Shown one piece after another: positions 20,283 to 29,507 of a stretch of DNA of 64,000 nucleotides (positions within the stretch are counted from its first letter, which is position 1; the number at the start of each line of letters is the position of its first letter). The notes under the pieces are model-generated. The model was not told the DNA's origin and searched no databases. It saw only the letters and a program-made list of their open reading frames with translations. The DNA is taken from contig JBHLMQ010000005.1 in assembly GCA_048938005.1 (NCBI GenBank), positions 50,489-114,488 of the forward strand. Reading direction: 5' to 3'. The position numbers and the translations under genes are program-made. Source of the DNA: Promethearchaeota archaeon (GTDB lineage: Archaea > Asgardarchaeota > Lokiarchaeia > Sigyniarchaeales > SOKP01).

Positions 20283-21557
20283 TTAACCCCATTTTTCAAT
20301 TGCTCTTGCTAATTCAATATTTTTTCTAGCATATTCTTTTAACTCATATCCTTTTAAAACAGCATCAATAGCTTGCCTTATCGCTTTTGCTCCAGCTTCA
20401 GTTCCATCAGGATGACCATGACACCCTCCTCCAAATTGATATACCATATTTTTACCTAATATTTCAATCAATTCAGGAACATGCAAGGGACTCAATCCTC
20501 CTGATGCAACAGGCAAAACTGGCTTAATATCACTCCAATCTTGATTAAGAGTTGTTATATTGTTGCCTTTAATTTCTTGTTCTGTTATTGCATTATTTAT
20601 CTCCAAAACTTCATTTTTGGCCCCTTCCATTTTTCCTATTATAGTACCTGTGTGTAATTGGTCCATTCCAATTAATCTCATTAGTTTCGCTAAAATTAGC
20701 ATAGTCATTCCATGTTTCTTATTTCTTGTGAAAGCTGCGTGCATTGCTCTATGAGCGTGAATTATTGCATCTTTATCATTGATATATTCTCTAAGTTCTT
20801 GCAAGGCAGAGAACCCGATCGTTACGATATCAACCATTACATATTCTCCTCCATTATCTATAACAAAATCAGCTCGTTTCTTCATAATACTTAGTGGTGC
20901 TGTTATATTCGGCATATAAAATTTTCTTTCTCCAGTTTCATTTTCAACTTTATCTCTAATTTTTAGTGTTTCCAAGACTCTTTTCTCGAACTTGTTAAAA
21001 ACCATACTAGTTAGATTTTCATCATCCTTGACAATATCTAATCCACCAATCCAAGCTTCTCCACATATATTTGCGTGTTCAGCTTCATTTAGGCCTACTT
21101 TAGGTTTTACAATTGTGCCGAGAAGAGGCCTTCCATGTACTTTAGTTAATTTTCTGACACCTTGAATACCAGATTTTGGTCCTTTATAAGCATTGATAAT
21201 ATCTTTAGGAAAAGTAATATCTAATAATCTTAAGGACTTTAAGACCTTCATTCCATATATATTTCCAGCAATAGCACTTAAAATCTGTGGTAAATTATTT
21301 GCTTCAAAAAGTTCTTTAGTATAAGCAATCTTAATGATATTATTTTCAGGATCAATATAGAAAGTTGATGGCTTAAGTCTTTCAGCTATTTCAGCAGATA
21401 AAGTTGCTATTTCAGTCCAGGTGCCGATAGAACTTTCTTTTGCGATTTCTTCAGAAGCATGTTCTAAATTTTTACATTCTGGTGAAATTTCTACATAATA
21501 CATAGCAATCAAATCATTTTCACTTGGCTTATAGTCCAAATTTACATAATCCACCAA
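20283..21557 (-). CDS. rbcL: Form III ribulose-1,5-bisphosphate carboxylase
   Basis: ESSIGTW, GTIVKPKVG, DIVKDDEN, HAHRAMHAA, GKMEG, SGG, GGGCHGHP. Confidence 0.96.
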   Translation of the reverse strand: MVDYVNLDYKPSENDLIAMYYVEISPECKNLEHASEEIAKESSIGTWTEIATLSAEIAERLKPSTFYIDPENNIIKIAYTKELFEANNLPQILSAIAGNIYGMKVLKSLRLLDITFPKDIINAYKGPKSGIQGVRKLTKVHGRPLLGTIVKPKVGLNEAEHANICGEAWIGGLDIVKDDENLTSMVFNKFEKRVLETLKIRDKVENETGERKFYMPNITAPLSIMKKRADFVIDNGGEYVMVDIVTIGFSALQELREYINDKDAIIHAHRAMHAAFTRNKKHGMTMLILAKLMRLIGMDQLHTGTIIGKMEGAKNEVLEINNAITEQEIKGNNITTLNQDWSDIKPVLPVASGGLSPLHVPELIEILGKNMVYQFGGGCHGHPDGTEAGAKAIRQAIDAVLKGYELKEYARKNIELARAIEKWG

Positions 21558-21700
21558 TTTAAATCACAATTTACCATTTAAACTTTAAAATAATTAAAAA
21601 ATATAGAAATTACCTTATAAGAAATTCAAATACAGAATTATTATAATAAAATCATAAAAAATTAATAATATTTTTAATTATTTTACAGAGTGATAATACT

Positions 21701-22009
21701 ATGAGTGAAGCAAATAAATCTTTTACAATTAACGTTAAAGACTTAAGTTTTAAGAACGATCAACATGTTCTTGATTTAGTTAGATTCTTAGCTGAAGCAT
21801 TACCCCAAATAAACCTTAATAGGAACGGAAATGACATCGATGTAGAAATGCCAAATAAATTATCCAAAAGAGCATTGAGACTTAGAATAAAGAAATTTCT
21901 TTATAAAAATGGATTACATAATGATTTCAGACCAATTTCGTTCAAAACAACTGAAACTGAAGGATATATTGTGAAAGAAAAGAAAATTGTTGAGCTAAGT
22001 TATTATTAA
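21701..22009 (+). CDS. rpl22e: Ribosomal protein eL22-like
   Basis: FTIN...FL and LSKRALRLRIKKFLYKNGL...FRPIS resemble eukaryotic L22e (FSKRYLKYLTKKYLKKNNL...LRVVA); length fits. Confidence 0.75.
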   Translation: MSEANKSFTINVKDLSFKNDQHVLDLVRFLAEALPQINLNRNGNDIDVEMPNKLSKRALRLRIKKFLYKNGLHNDFRPISFKTTETEGYIVKEKKIVELSYY

Positions 22010-22060
22010 CTCTTATTCTCTTTCAAAATAATTAAATTACTTAAAAAAATATATTTAAAT

Positions 22061-23035
22061 GTGTCTTTAGAAGGAACTAATTTTAATATTTCGATTAAAT
22101 CTATCGATGATTTAATACGATGCCTGAGTTTGGCAAGTCTTTTAGAAGTAGCTGGTTGGCCTAAACCAGGAAACGTTCACCGTACAAAAGATTTCGAAAA
22201 AACTAAGTTTGAACATTTTTTAGCGGGAATCGCGGCAATTCAACCAAATTTTAGAGAATTTTGTGATAAAATTTTTCAAATTCCTTTTGAGAATGAACAA
22301 GATTATGAAAAGATTGAGTTAGGTTATTTTTTTAAGAGAAGTGCTGAAGAAATGATGAAATGGCAAAATGGAGGCAATGTTTTATTAGGACACATATTAA
22401 TTTTAGCACCTTTAGCTGCAGCAACAACAATATGTTTAAAAACACAAAAAAAAAGCATTGATGATTTTAAACAAAATATAAGGAAAATTATTGAGAAATC
22501 TTCAGTAAATGATACTATAAATTTATACAAGACTATTAAGTCATGTAATCCTGGTGGTTTAGGAAAGATTGAAAAATACGATATTTATGATGAAAATGCT
22601 ATTACTGATTTAATTTCAGATGAAATAAACTTAAAAAGAATATTTGATCTTTCAAAGGAATATGATTTAATAAGTCTGGAATATTCTACTGGCTACCATA
22701 TAATTTTAAATGAAGGATTATCATATTTTGTTAATACTTTTAACCAATATAAGGACATAAACATTGCAACAGTCAATACTTATCTGAAATTATTATCTTT
22801 ACATCCAGATACTCTTGTTATTAGAAAATCCGGAATAGAATCTGCAGTAAATATCTCAGAAATGGCAACAAATATCTTAGAATGTGGAGGTATTTCATCC
22901 GATAAAGGTTTAAGATTAACAATAGAATTTGACAATGAACTTCAAGAAAAAAAAGGAAAATTAAATCCTGGTACTACAGCTGACCTCATTTCGGGAATAA
23001 TTTTTTGTGCTTTACTTTTTGGCTTAAGATTTTGA
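22061..23035 (+). CDS. citG: Triphosphoribosyl-dephospho-CoA synthase (CitG family)
   Basis: LEVAGWPKPGNVH, PDTLVIRK, NPGTTADL. Confidence 0.85.
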   Translation: MSLEGTNFNISIKSIDDLIRCLSLASLLEVAGWPKPGNVHRTKDFEKTKFEHFLAGIAAIQPNFREFCDKIFQIPFENEQDYEKIELGYFFKRSAEEMMKWQNGGNVLLGHILILAPLAAATTICLKTQKKSIDDFKQNIRKIIEKSSVNDTINLYKTIKSCNPGGLGKIEKYDIYDENAITDLISDEINLKRIFDLSKEYDLISLEYSTGYHIILNEGLSYFVNTFNQYKDINIATVNTYLKLLSLHPDTLVIRKSGIESAVNISEMATNILECGGISSDKGLRLTIEFDNELQEKKGKLNPGTTADLISGIIFCALLFGLRF

Positions 23036-23117
23036 TTTCAAAAAAATTATTTGGGAGTAATAATTTATAAGTCTTAAAAGAACTTAATAAATATTGTTTG
23101 CTAGGGTTTAGGAGATT

Positions 23118-23468
23118 ATGGAATTCTGTGATGAATGTGGAGGAATGATGTTACCTTCAGATTTAGATGGAATAAAGGTATTCAAATGTAAGTGTGGAGC
23201 AACTAAACCCTTTTCTGAAGAAAAATCGGAAGCATATAAATTAACTACAAAAATTGAACATCCTATTAGAAATGAAGTTACAAATGCTTCAGATGTAATA
23301 AAATGGAAAGAAGAAAATCTAAAAAGTACAATAAAAAATTTTATATGCCCTAGCTGTGGATATAATAAAGCGTCCTTAGAAACACGACAAACGAGAAGAG
23401 CAGATGAGGGAATGACTCATTTTATAACATGTTTAAAATGTGGTCGTCATATTAAAATAGGAAGTTAA
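23118..23468 (+). CDS. tfs: Transcription factor S (TFS/RpoM family)
   Basis: MEFCDECG, CPSCG, QTRRADEG acidic hairpin, CLKCG. Confidence 0.92.
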   Translation: MEFCDECGGMMLPSDLDGIKVFKCKCGATKPFSEEKSEAYKLTTKIEHPIRNEVTNASDVIKWKEENLKSTIKNFICPSCGYNKASLETRQTRRADEGMTHFITCLKCGRHIKIGS

Positions 23469-23480
23469 GACTAAGTAGAA

Positions 23481-23777
23481 TTAACTAAATAACTTACTAT
23501 ATAGTAAATGAGTTTCGATTTTTTTGTTAAATTTTAATTGTACAGCTTTATTTGTAGTTTTCAATCCAGAAACTATTTTTATTTGATTTGAACTAATATT
23601 TAGTTTTTTCTTCAGTAGATTAATTAGTTCTATGTTTGCTCTATTTTGTTTTGCCTTAGAACGAATCAAAATGGTAAGAAATTCTCCATTATCAATTATA
23701 TCTTGTCGTCGTGAATTTGGTTTGACAATCAATCTTATTATATAATTAGTATCTGAATATTTTTTTAAAAATTTCAT
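23481..23777 (-). CDS. DUF167 (YggU/UPF0235) protein
   Basis: VKPNS, ANIELI, IKIVSG...K pattern. Confidence 0.85.
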   Translation of the reverse strand: MKFLKKYSDTNYIIRLIVKPNSRRQDIIDNGEFLTILIRSKAKQNRANIELINLLKKKLNISSNQIKIVSGLKTTNKAVQLKFNKKIETHLLYSKLFS

Positions 23778-23809
23778 TTTTTGATTTGTAAAAAATTCAT
23801 AGTGTAAAA

Positions 23810-25189
23810 TTAAATAAATTCGTCAACTCTCTTTTTTAATAAGTTATAAGATGGTTTTGATAATCTAATACCCCCTGCTAATTTATGTCCTCCACCCACG
23901 CCTCCTAATTCTTTCTTTATTCTAGTTATTATTTTATTCACGCCAATTCCTTTGTTTTTCTCAAGATAATTTCTCGTACATCTAATACTTAATTTAATTG
24001 TGCCTGATTTTTTCTCAGGACCCCCTAAAAATAAAATTTTATTAGGGTTGAATATTTCATTTACAGCACTAAAACTAGCTGTATCTGACCAATTACTGGG
24101 GGGAATTTTTCCTTTCACTTCTATAAATATAGCTTTTTCAGTTTCATAGTGAGGTAATTCTATTGAAAGAGTTCTTAAATTTTTAGCAAGATTTTCAATA
24201 TATTCCATATACATGCTTTTAGCATAACGTGTTATTGATTTCAATTGAATCATTGAAATAGCAGCACTTATATTCTTGAAACATAATATATTTAATAAAA
24301 GAGCATGTTCAAAAACAAATTTTAATAAACCAGTTTTGTGGGGTAGTAAAGCATAATTACCAAAACTATCGATATTAGCTTCTTTTTGGAGTAATTGAAT
24401 TTCAGAATCATTTAAGTCAATAATTTTAGTCTTGGGATTAAGATGTATTGTATTTAGAAAGGAATTGATTTTCTGATCTGATTCTCCTCCAAATCCACTA
24501 ATAAAAGGTAAAATACTGTATTTCAAGCCTTTATTAATAGATTCATGCATATTGCCAAAAAGAATTAAACCTTCTTTATCTTCAATAAGTTCTTCCTCTA
24601 GTAATTCTTCATATATCTCTCGGTTAAATGACTGAAGCTTATCCATTGATTTTAATGAATCCCCGGCAATTCCTATAATGGCTAACCAACCCTGTTTAAT
24701 AATAGATGGTATTACTTTTTTGGCAAACATATATGTTAAAGTCGCTCCTGCAATATGTTCAAGTCCATCATATCCATAAATGGTCGGATTTATAAAAAAA
24801 AGGTTTTCAGGATAATCATCAACGTGTGCTTCATCTTCAACTTCATGGTGATCGAGGATAAAAAAAAGTTCTTTCCTATTTTTAATAATTGGTATTAATT
24901 CTTTTAAATTGGAACCAACATCAGTAAAAATAAAGGCATTTTTATCTGTTTGCCTTTTTGATAGAATTCCTTTAAGATAATTTTCCCAAGAAACAGATCT
25001 ATTATAAATAAAATAATCATAATTAAGATGCATTTTATATAATAAGTTTTGGATTAGATGTAGGCAACTTATCCCATCAGCATCGTTATGAGAAATGGTT
25101 ATGACATGTGCAAAAGAATGATCAATGAATTGATCTACAGCATTGTTAAAATCTTCTAAAAATTTAGTTTTATCTGGACTATTGGCCAT
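23810..25189 (-). CDS. DHH-DHHA1 phosphoesterase, archaeal RecJ/Cdc45-like
   Basis: SHNDADG, FTDVGS, LDHH, GIAGD, GGGHKLAGG. Confidence 0.9.
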   Translation of the reverse strand: MANSPDKTKFLEDFNNAVDQFIDHSFAHVITISHNDADGISCLHLIQNLLYKMHLNYDYFIYNRSVSWENYLKGILSKRQTDKNAFIFTDVGSNLKELIPIIKNRKELFFILDHHEVEDEAHVDDYPENLFFINPTIYGYDGLEHIAGATLTYMFAKKVIPSIIKQGWLAIIGIAGDSLKSMDKLQSFNREIYEELLEEELIEDKEGLILFGNMHESINKGLKYSILPFISGFGGESDQKINSFLNTIHLNPKTKIIDLNDSEIQLLQKEANIDSFGNYALLPHKTGLLKFVFEHALLLNILCFKNISAAISMIQLKSITRYAKSMYMEYIENLAKNLRTLSIELPHYETEKAIFIEVKGKIPPSNWSDTASFSAVNEIFNPNKILFLGGPEKKSGTIKLSIRCTRNYLEKNKGIGVNKIITRIKKELGGVGGGHKLAGGIRLSKPSYNLLKKRVDEFI

Positions 25190-25475
25190 TTACATCAATA
25201 TATTTTTAAGATTCAAATTTATACTAATCAATAGGATGTTTAATAATTCATAGTCGTTATCAAATTTTCAAGAAAGCGAATTTTTAAAATGCATTATTTT
25301 AATTTTATTCTCTTATTTTAAAACCTAATAAAAAACAAATAAATTCTATAATTATAAATATTCCGATATCATTTAGGTTTTATGAGGAAAATTAGTTAAT
25401 ACACAAAATTTAAAGAAAAATTATTTAATCTATTTTAATTTTTTGTTCTAAACACTTTACAATTAAAAACTTATC

Positions 25476-27161
25476 ATGGTAAATAAAAAACCGAATTATA
25501 CTTTTGTTAACATTAAAATTCTTCTAGTCATTTTGATTATTTCTTTCGTATTAATTCCGTTAGTATTAGGAAACATAAGATTTAATTCCAACAGTATAAT
25601 TTATGATCCTCTCCTTAAAACAGGGGATTTTTCAAAAGACGATTATACTGCAATATTGACAGAAGAAAAACACGGACTTGGAAATATTTCAATAAATTAT
25701 ATTGATTTTAATGAATTGGAAACGGGATTCAGTATCTATAATGAAACATATCCAAAAATTTGGGAAGATTACAATTCAAAAGCTTTGAACATGACACCAA
25801 TTGATATGCAATTTGTTGAGACTATGGAACCAGCAATAGTAGAAAATTTGAAAGAAAATATACAAGATAGAAATGTTATAACAGTGAAAATAAATGAAAG
25901 TTTATTCGTCGAATATAAAAATTTGACGAGAGGATATTTAATTTATCATGCTCGATTATATCCATGTAATTTACTACAATTTTTTGTTGATAATAATACG
26001 GAAGTTTTTGAATTAATTAATGAGACTGACTATATTATTGATGAAAATGAGTTTATAGTTTTTAACTATGATAATTATTTTCAAAAGGGTTTCCCGTTCA
26101 ATTTTTCAATGTATTTCATATGGGAATATGATATAACCATCGAATCCTGGGATTTAGCTCAATATTTCGACCCTAATCTAATTATGAATGAAATACAACA
26201 AAACTTTACAGTAAAATATAGTTATAACTTTACTTTAATAGGAAAAAAGTTAGGATCAACTATTCTAAGAAGGAATGTATATGCTGATAATATCGATCTC
26301 GCTTTGACTGTTAACCTACCAGATAAAAATTCATTAAACGATCATACTCTTGAATTAAACAATGAAATTGTTAATATCATTACACATCTAAATCCCGATA
26401 AATCGATAGATATATTTTTAACAGATAATTTTGATGCTAATCAGAGTAAATTCTCAGCAAATTTTACATCTTCATTTACTTTAGAATTTATTGATCCCGT
26501 AGGAGAGACGTGGGCTATAGACAGACATGTAGCTATGAGGAATATTCGGGAGAGAATTTATTTTCCTTCCTTAATAAATGGACCAAAACATATATATCTC
26601 AAATATATATCATTTAATGAACCTACTATTTATTTTGATCAAAATATAATTAATTATTCATTATTTGAAAGAAAGATTGCATTTTTTAAGGTAAATACAT
26701 CTCTCACGGGGGAAGAGGGGATAAATGTGAGAATTCCTTACTTAATAGTTGGAGAGACTTGCCCTTTTATAATTAAATATGAAACAACTCAAAATTTGCA
26801 TGTTGTGATAACAGATAATATAAAAATGCCCTTAGTAGGGGCAAGCGTTGAAGTTTTTTATTATGGTAAGAAATTTGGTACATATATATCCAATGACCGA
26901 ATTCAACCTATACACCCGGGAATAACTAATGAACATGGAGTAATTAAATTAAATAATGTGCCTTACGGGAATTATACGATAAGAGTGTATTACAATGCAA
27001 AATTCATAATTGAATCAACAGTCAGTACATATAATGAGATAAATTATATTTATACAAATGTTCCTCATGTTCCTCTATGGATATTAATTTTTGGAATTAG
27101 TAATGGATCTATCTTAATTATTGGGATGGCATTTTATTTAAAATATAAAAAAAAGCGATAA
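25476..27161 (+). CDS. Surface glycoprotein with carboxypeptidase-regulatory-like domain and C-terminal TM
   Basis: N- and C-terminal hydrophobic helices, many sequons, PLVGASV...TNEHG...NVPYGNYTI. Confidence 0.75.
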   Translation: MVNKKPNYTFVNIKILLVILIISFVLIPLVLGNIRFNSNSIIYDPLLKTGDFSKDDYTAILTEEKHGLGNISINYIDFNELETGFSIYNETYPKIWEDYNSKALNMTPIDMQFVETMEPAIVENLKENIQDRNVITVKINESLFVEYKNLTRGYLIYHARLYPCNLLQFFVDNNTEVFELINETDYIIDENEFIVFNYDNYFQKGFPFNFSMYFIWEYDITIESWDLAQYFDPNLIMNEIQQNFTVKYSYNFTLIGKKLGSTILRRNVYADNIDLALTVNLPDKNSLNDHTLELNNEIVNIITHLNPDKSIDIFLTDNFDANQSKFSANFTSSFTLEFIDPVGETWAIDRHVAMRNIRERIYFPSLINGPKHIYLKYISFNEPTIYFDQNIINYSLFERKIAFFKVNTSLTGEEGINVRIPYLIVGETCPFIIKYETTQNLHVVITDNIKMPLVGASVEVFYYGKKFGTYISNDRIQPIHPGITNEHGVIKLNNVPYGNYTIRVYYNAKFIIESTVSTYNEINYIYTNVPHVPLWILIFGISNGSILIIGMAFYLKYKKKR

Positions 27162-27167
27162 TTTACT

Positions 27168-27497
27168 TTGATTGTTATTTTTTGCGATGATATAGATGAT
27201 TTTATTGTTTTTTTAGAAAAAAGGATAATGAATGAGATCTTTTATGAAATTAAGGAGCTCAAAAATCATGTTAATTTATCACGAAATGTAAATGCGGAAA
27301 TTGTGATTCATTTTCTCGCTAAAATCTCTGATACTCTTATATTATATGAAACCAAACAAAATATAACAAAATCTAGTGATTCAAATAGTAGTGAGGAAGT
27401 AATTAAATCTTTACAAAATATATTCCAGAGTGTAAATCCCTCCTTATCTTTAATCAAAGGTAAAATACGGGAAATATTCCTTAGTTATTCCTCATAA
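27168..27497 (+). CDS. Hypothetical protein
   Basis: 109-aa ORF directly downstream of the previous gene. Confidence 0.65.
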   Translation: MIVIFCDDIDDFIVFLEKRIMNEIFYEIKELKNHVNLSRNVNAEIVIHFLAKISDTLILYETKQNITKSSDSNSSEEVIKSLQNIFQSVNPSLSLIKGKIREIFLSYSS

Positions 27498-27533
27498 CGT
27501 AATTTTCTTGAAAAAAGGTTTTTGAATAAGGAT

Positions 27534-29063
27534 TTAATTATGATTTATTGTCTCTCCATATCCTATTAATCGATATCGTCTATTAATAATTCTCGAAATA
27601 GCATAAATAAAATTTTCTGGCGGACATATTGGAGGATTTAATTTTATTATAACACTATCCTTTAATATTTTTGTGACTGTTCCTCCTGTTTTTTCTGTAC
27701 CTACAACTAATAATAATTTTTCATTATGTTTAATTGAATGTACTCTGAGCATTTGCTCGGAACCAACTACTCGATCTAAAAGACTTATTTTTAATTTAAC
27801 TTCGTGAAGAACCTCGGGTAAAGTACCTGGTTTTCCAACCAAATGTCCTATTAAATGATCACCCTTAGTTAAAGAAGGATCTAATTTAGTTCCTAAACCT
27901 ATGAGTCCTCCTGGCTTCGCGATATCTAATAAATTACTTCCTTGACTGATACTCACGACTGTAGATTTAATAGGGATATAATCATCTTTTATTCGTAAAC
28001 CTGGGCGTATTTCAATCTGATCTCCAACATTAATTTTTCCTTTTAAAACTGAACCCCCTATTACACCGCCTTTTAAATCTTTAATTTCTTTCCCAGGACG
28101 ATTAATATCAAAAGATCTCGCGATTAAAAATTGGAATTCCCCTTTACTAAGTTCAGGGGATGGAATTATTTCTTCAAATCCTCTAATAACTGAACCTATA
28201 TTTGCTCCAAACACAGCTGAAATTGGTATAATCGGAGCATTTTCAGCAACTGTCCCTTTGATAAATTCCTTTATTTGGTTATAATTCTCGACGGCCTGCT
28301 CTCGTGAAACAGCATCGATTTTATTTTGTAAAATAATTAGATTTTTAATTCCTGCAATGTGCAGTGCTTCTAAATGTTCTCTTGTTTGTGGTTGAGGACA
28401 TTTCTCATCAGCAGCAATCAATAAACATGCTCCATCCATCAATGAAGCTCCACTTAACATTGTTGCCATTAAAATTTCATGGCCAGGAGCATCAACAAAT
28501 GAAATATTCCTTCTAAATTCTAATTGCCCTTTACAATTGGGACATACAAACCGAGATTGTCCTTTTTTCCTTTCCTGTTCAGCTAAGTAATAAGTTAAAT
28601 ACTCATCACAATTCGCACAATATAAAATTGTAGCGTTAGAATACCCTAATTTTATGGAAATGCCTCTCTCTTGCTCTTCTGAATGCCTATCTGTCCAATC
28701 TCCTGTTAATGCTTTCACTAATGTAGTCTTTCCGTGATCTACATGCCCTACTAACCCTATATTACATTCAGCTTGTCTTTTCATCAACTCTTTTATATTA
28801 GAAGATTTAGCTTTTGGCTTTACTTTTGAAACTGTTTTTACTTTAGATTTTGGTCCTTCTTGAATTCCAATTTCTTTAAGTAATTTATTGGCATTTGAGA
28901 TATATTTTTCAGCAGTTGCTTTTCCAACACCCTTAATCTTTAACTTTACCAAATCATCGAGTTTAACATTAGCTAATTTTTCAATAGAATCTATCCCTGC
29001 AGCTTTCATCTTCTCTGCAGTAGCTTTTCCGATACCAGCAATATCTGTTAAATCGTATGACAT
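27534..29063 (-). CDS. eif2g: Translation initiation factor 2 gamma subunit with N-terminal HhH domain
   Basis: QAECNIGLVGHVDHGKTT, ERGISIKLGY, Zn knuckle, DAPGHE, QNKID, RSFDINRPG, RYRLIGYG; N-terminal IAGIGKATAEK and IKGVGKATAEK. Confidence 0.95.
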   Translation of the reverse strand: MSYDLTDIAGIGKATAEKMKAAGIDSIEKLANVKLDDLVKLKIKGVGKATAEKYISNANKLLKEIGIQEGPKSKVKTVSKVKPKAKSSNIKELMKRQAECNIGLVGHVDHGKTTLVKALTGDWTDRHSEEQERGISIKLGYSNATILYCANCDEYLTYYLAEQERKKGQSRFVCPNCKGQLEFRRNISFVDAPGHEILMATMLSGASLMDGACLLIAADEKCPQPQTREHLEALHIAGIKNLIILQNKIDAVSREQAVENYNQIKEFIKGTVAENAPIIPISAVFGANIGSVIRGFEEIIPSPELSKGEFQFLIARSFDINRPGKEIKDLKGGVIGGSVLKGKINVGDQIEIRPGLRIKDDYIPIKSTVVSISQGSNLLDIAKPGGLIGLGTKLDPSLTKGDHLIGHLVGKPGTLPEVLHEVKLKISLLDRVVGSEQMLRVHSIKHNEKLLLVVGTEKTGGTVTKILKDSVIIKLNPPICPPENFIYAISRIINRRYRLIGYGETINHN

Positions 29064-29186
29064 GATAGTTAAATTTAAAAGTATTATTACAAGAGTTTAT
29101 TATTCCCTAAGAAAAATTAAGAAAATATTTTTTATTAAATTAATCAATAAATCTGATATTTTAAAAAAAGTTAAAGCTAAAATCCA

Positions 29187-29405
29187 TTATTTTGTCTCAA
29201 TTGTCTTGATACCACCGGGTTTTTTATCAAGTTCTTTATAAGAAACTCTCAAAAGACTATCAACATAAAAAGTAGAAAGTTTATTGCACGATTTGCAAAT
29301 AATATAAACTGGAGCAGGATATTGTTTAGAATCAATATCTTCCTTTTCAATCCTAAAAATAATTTTCTCTGAACAATGTGGACAAAAATTAAATCTAAGT
29401 GGCAT
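29187..29405 (-). CDS. Small zinc-finger protein
   Basis: CPHC...CKSC. Confidence 0.7.
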   Translation of the reverse strand: MPLRFNFCPHCSEKIIFRIEKEDIDSKQYPAPVYIICKSCNKLSTFYVDSLLRVSYKELDKKPGGIKTIETK

Positions 29406-29507
29406 AAAAATCCAATAATTTTCTTTTAAAATAAATAGATTCTTATTTTTAAATTCTTATTTCCTATAATAAATATAAAGTTATTAATTTGTAATTATTG
29501 ATAATAT

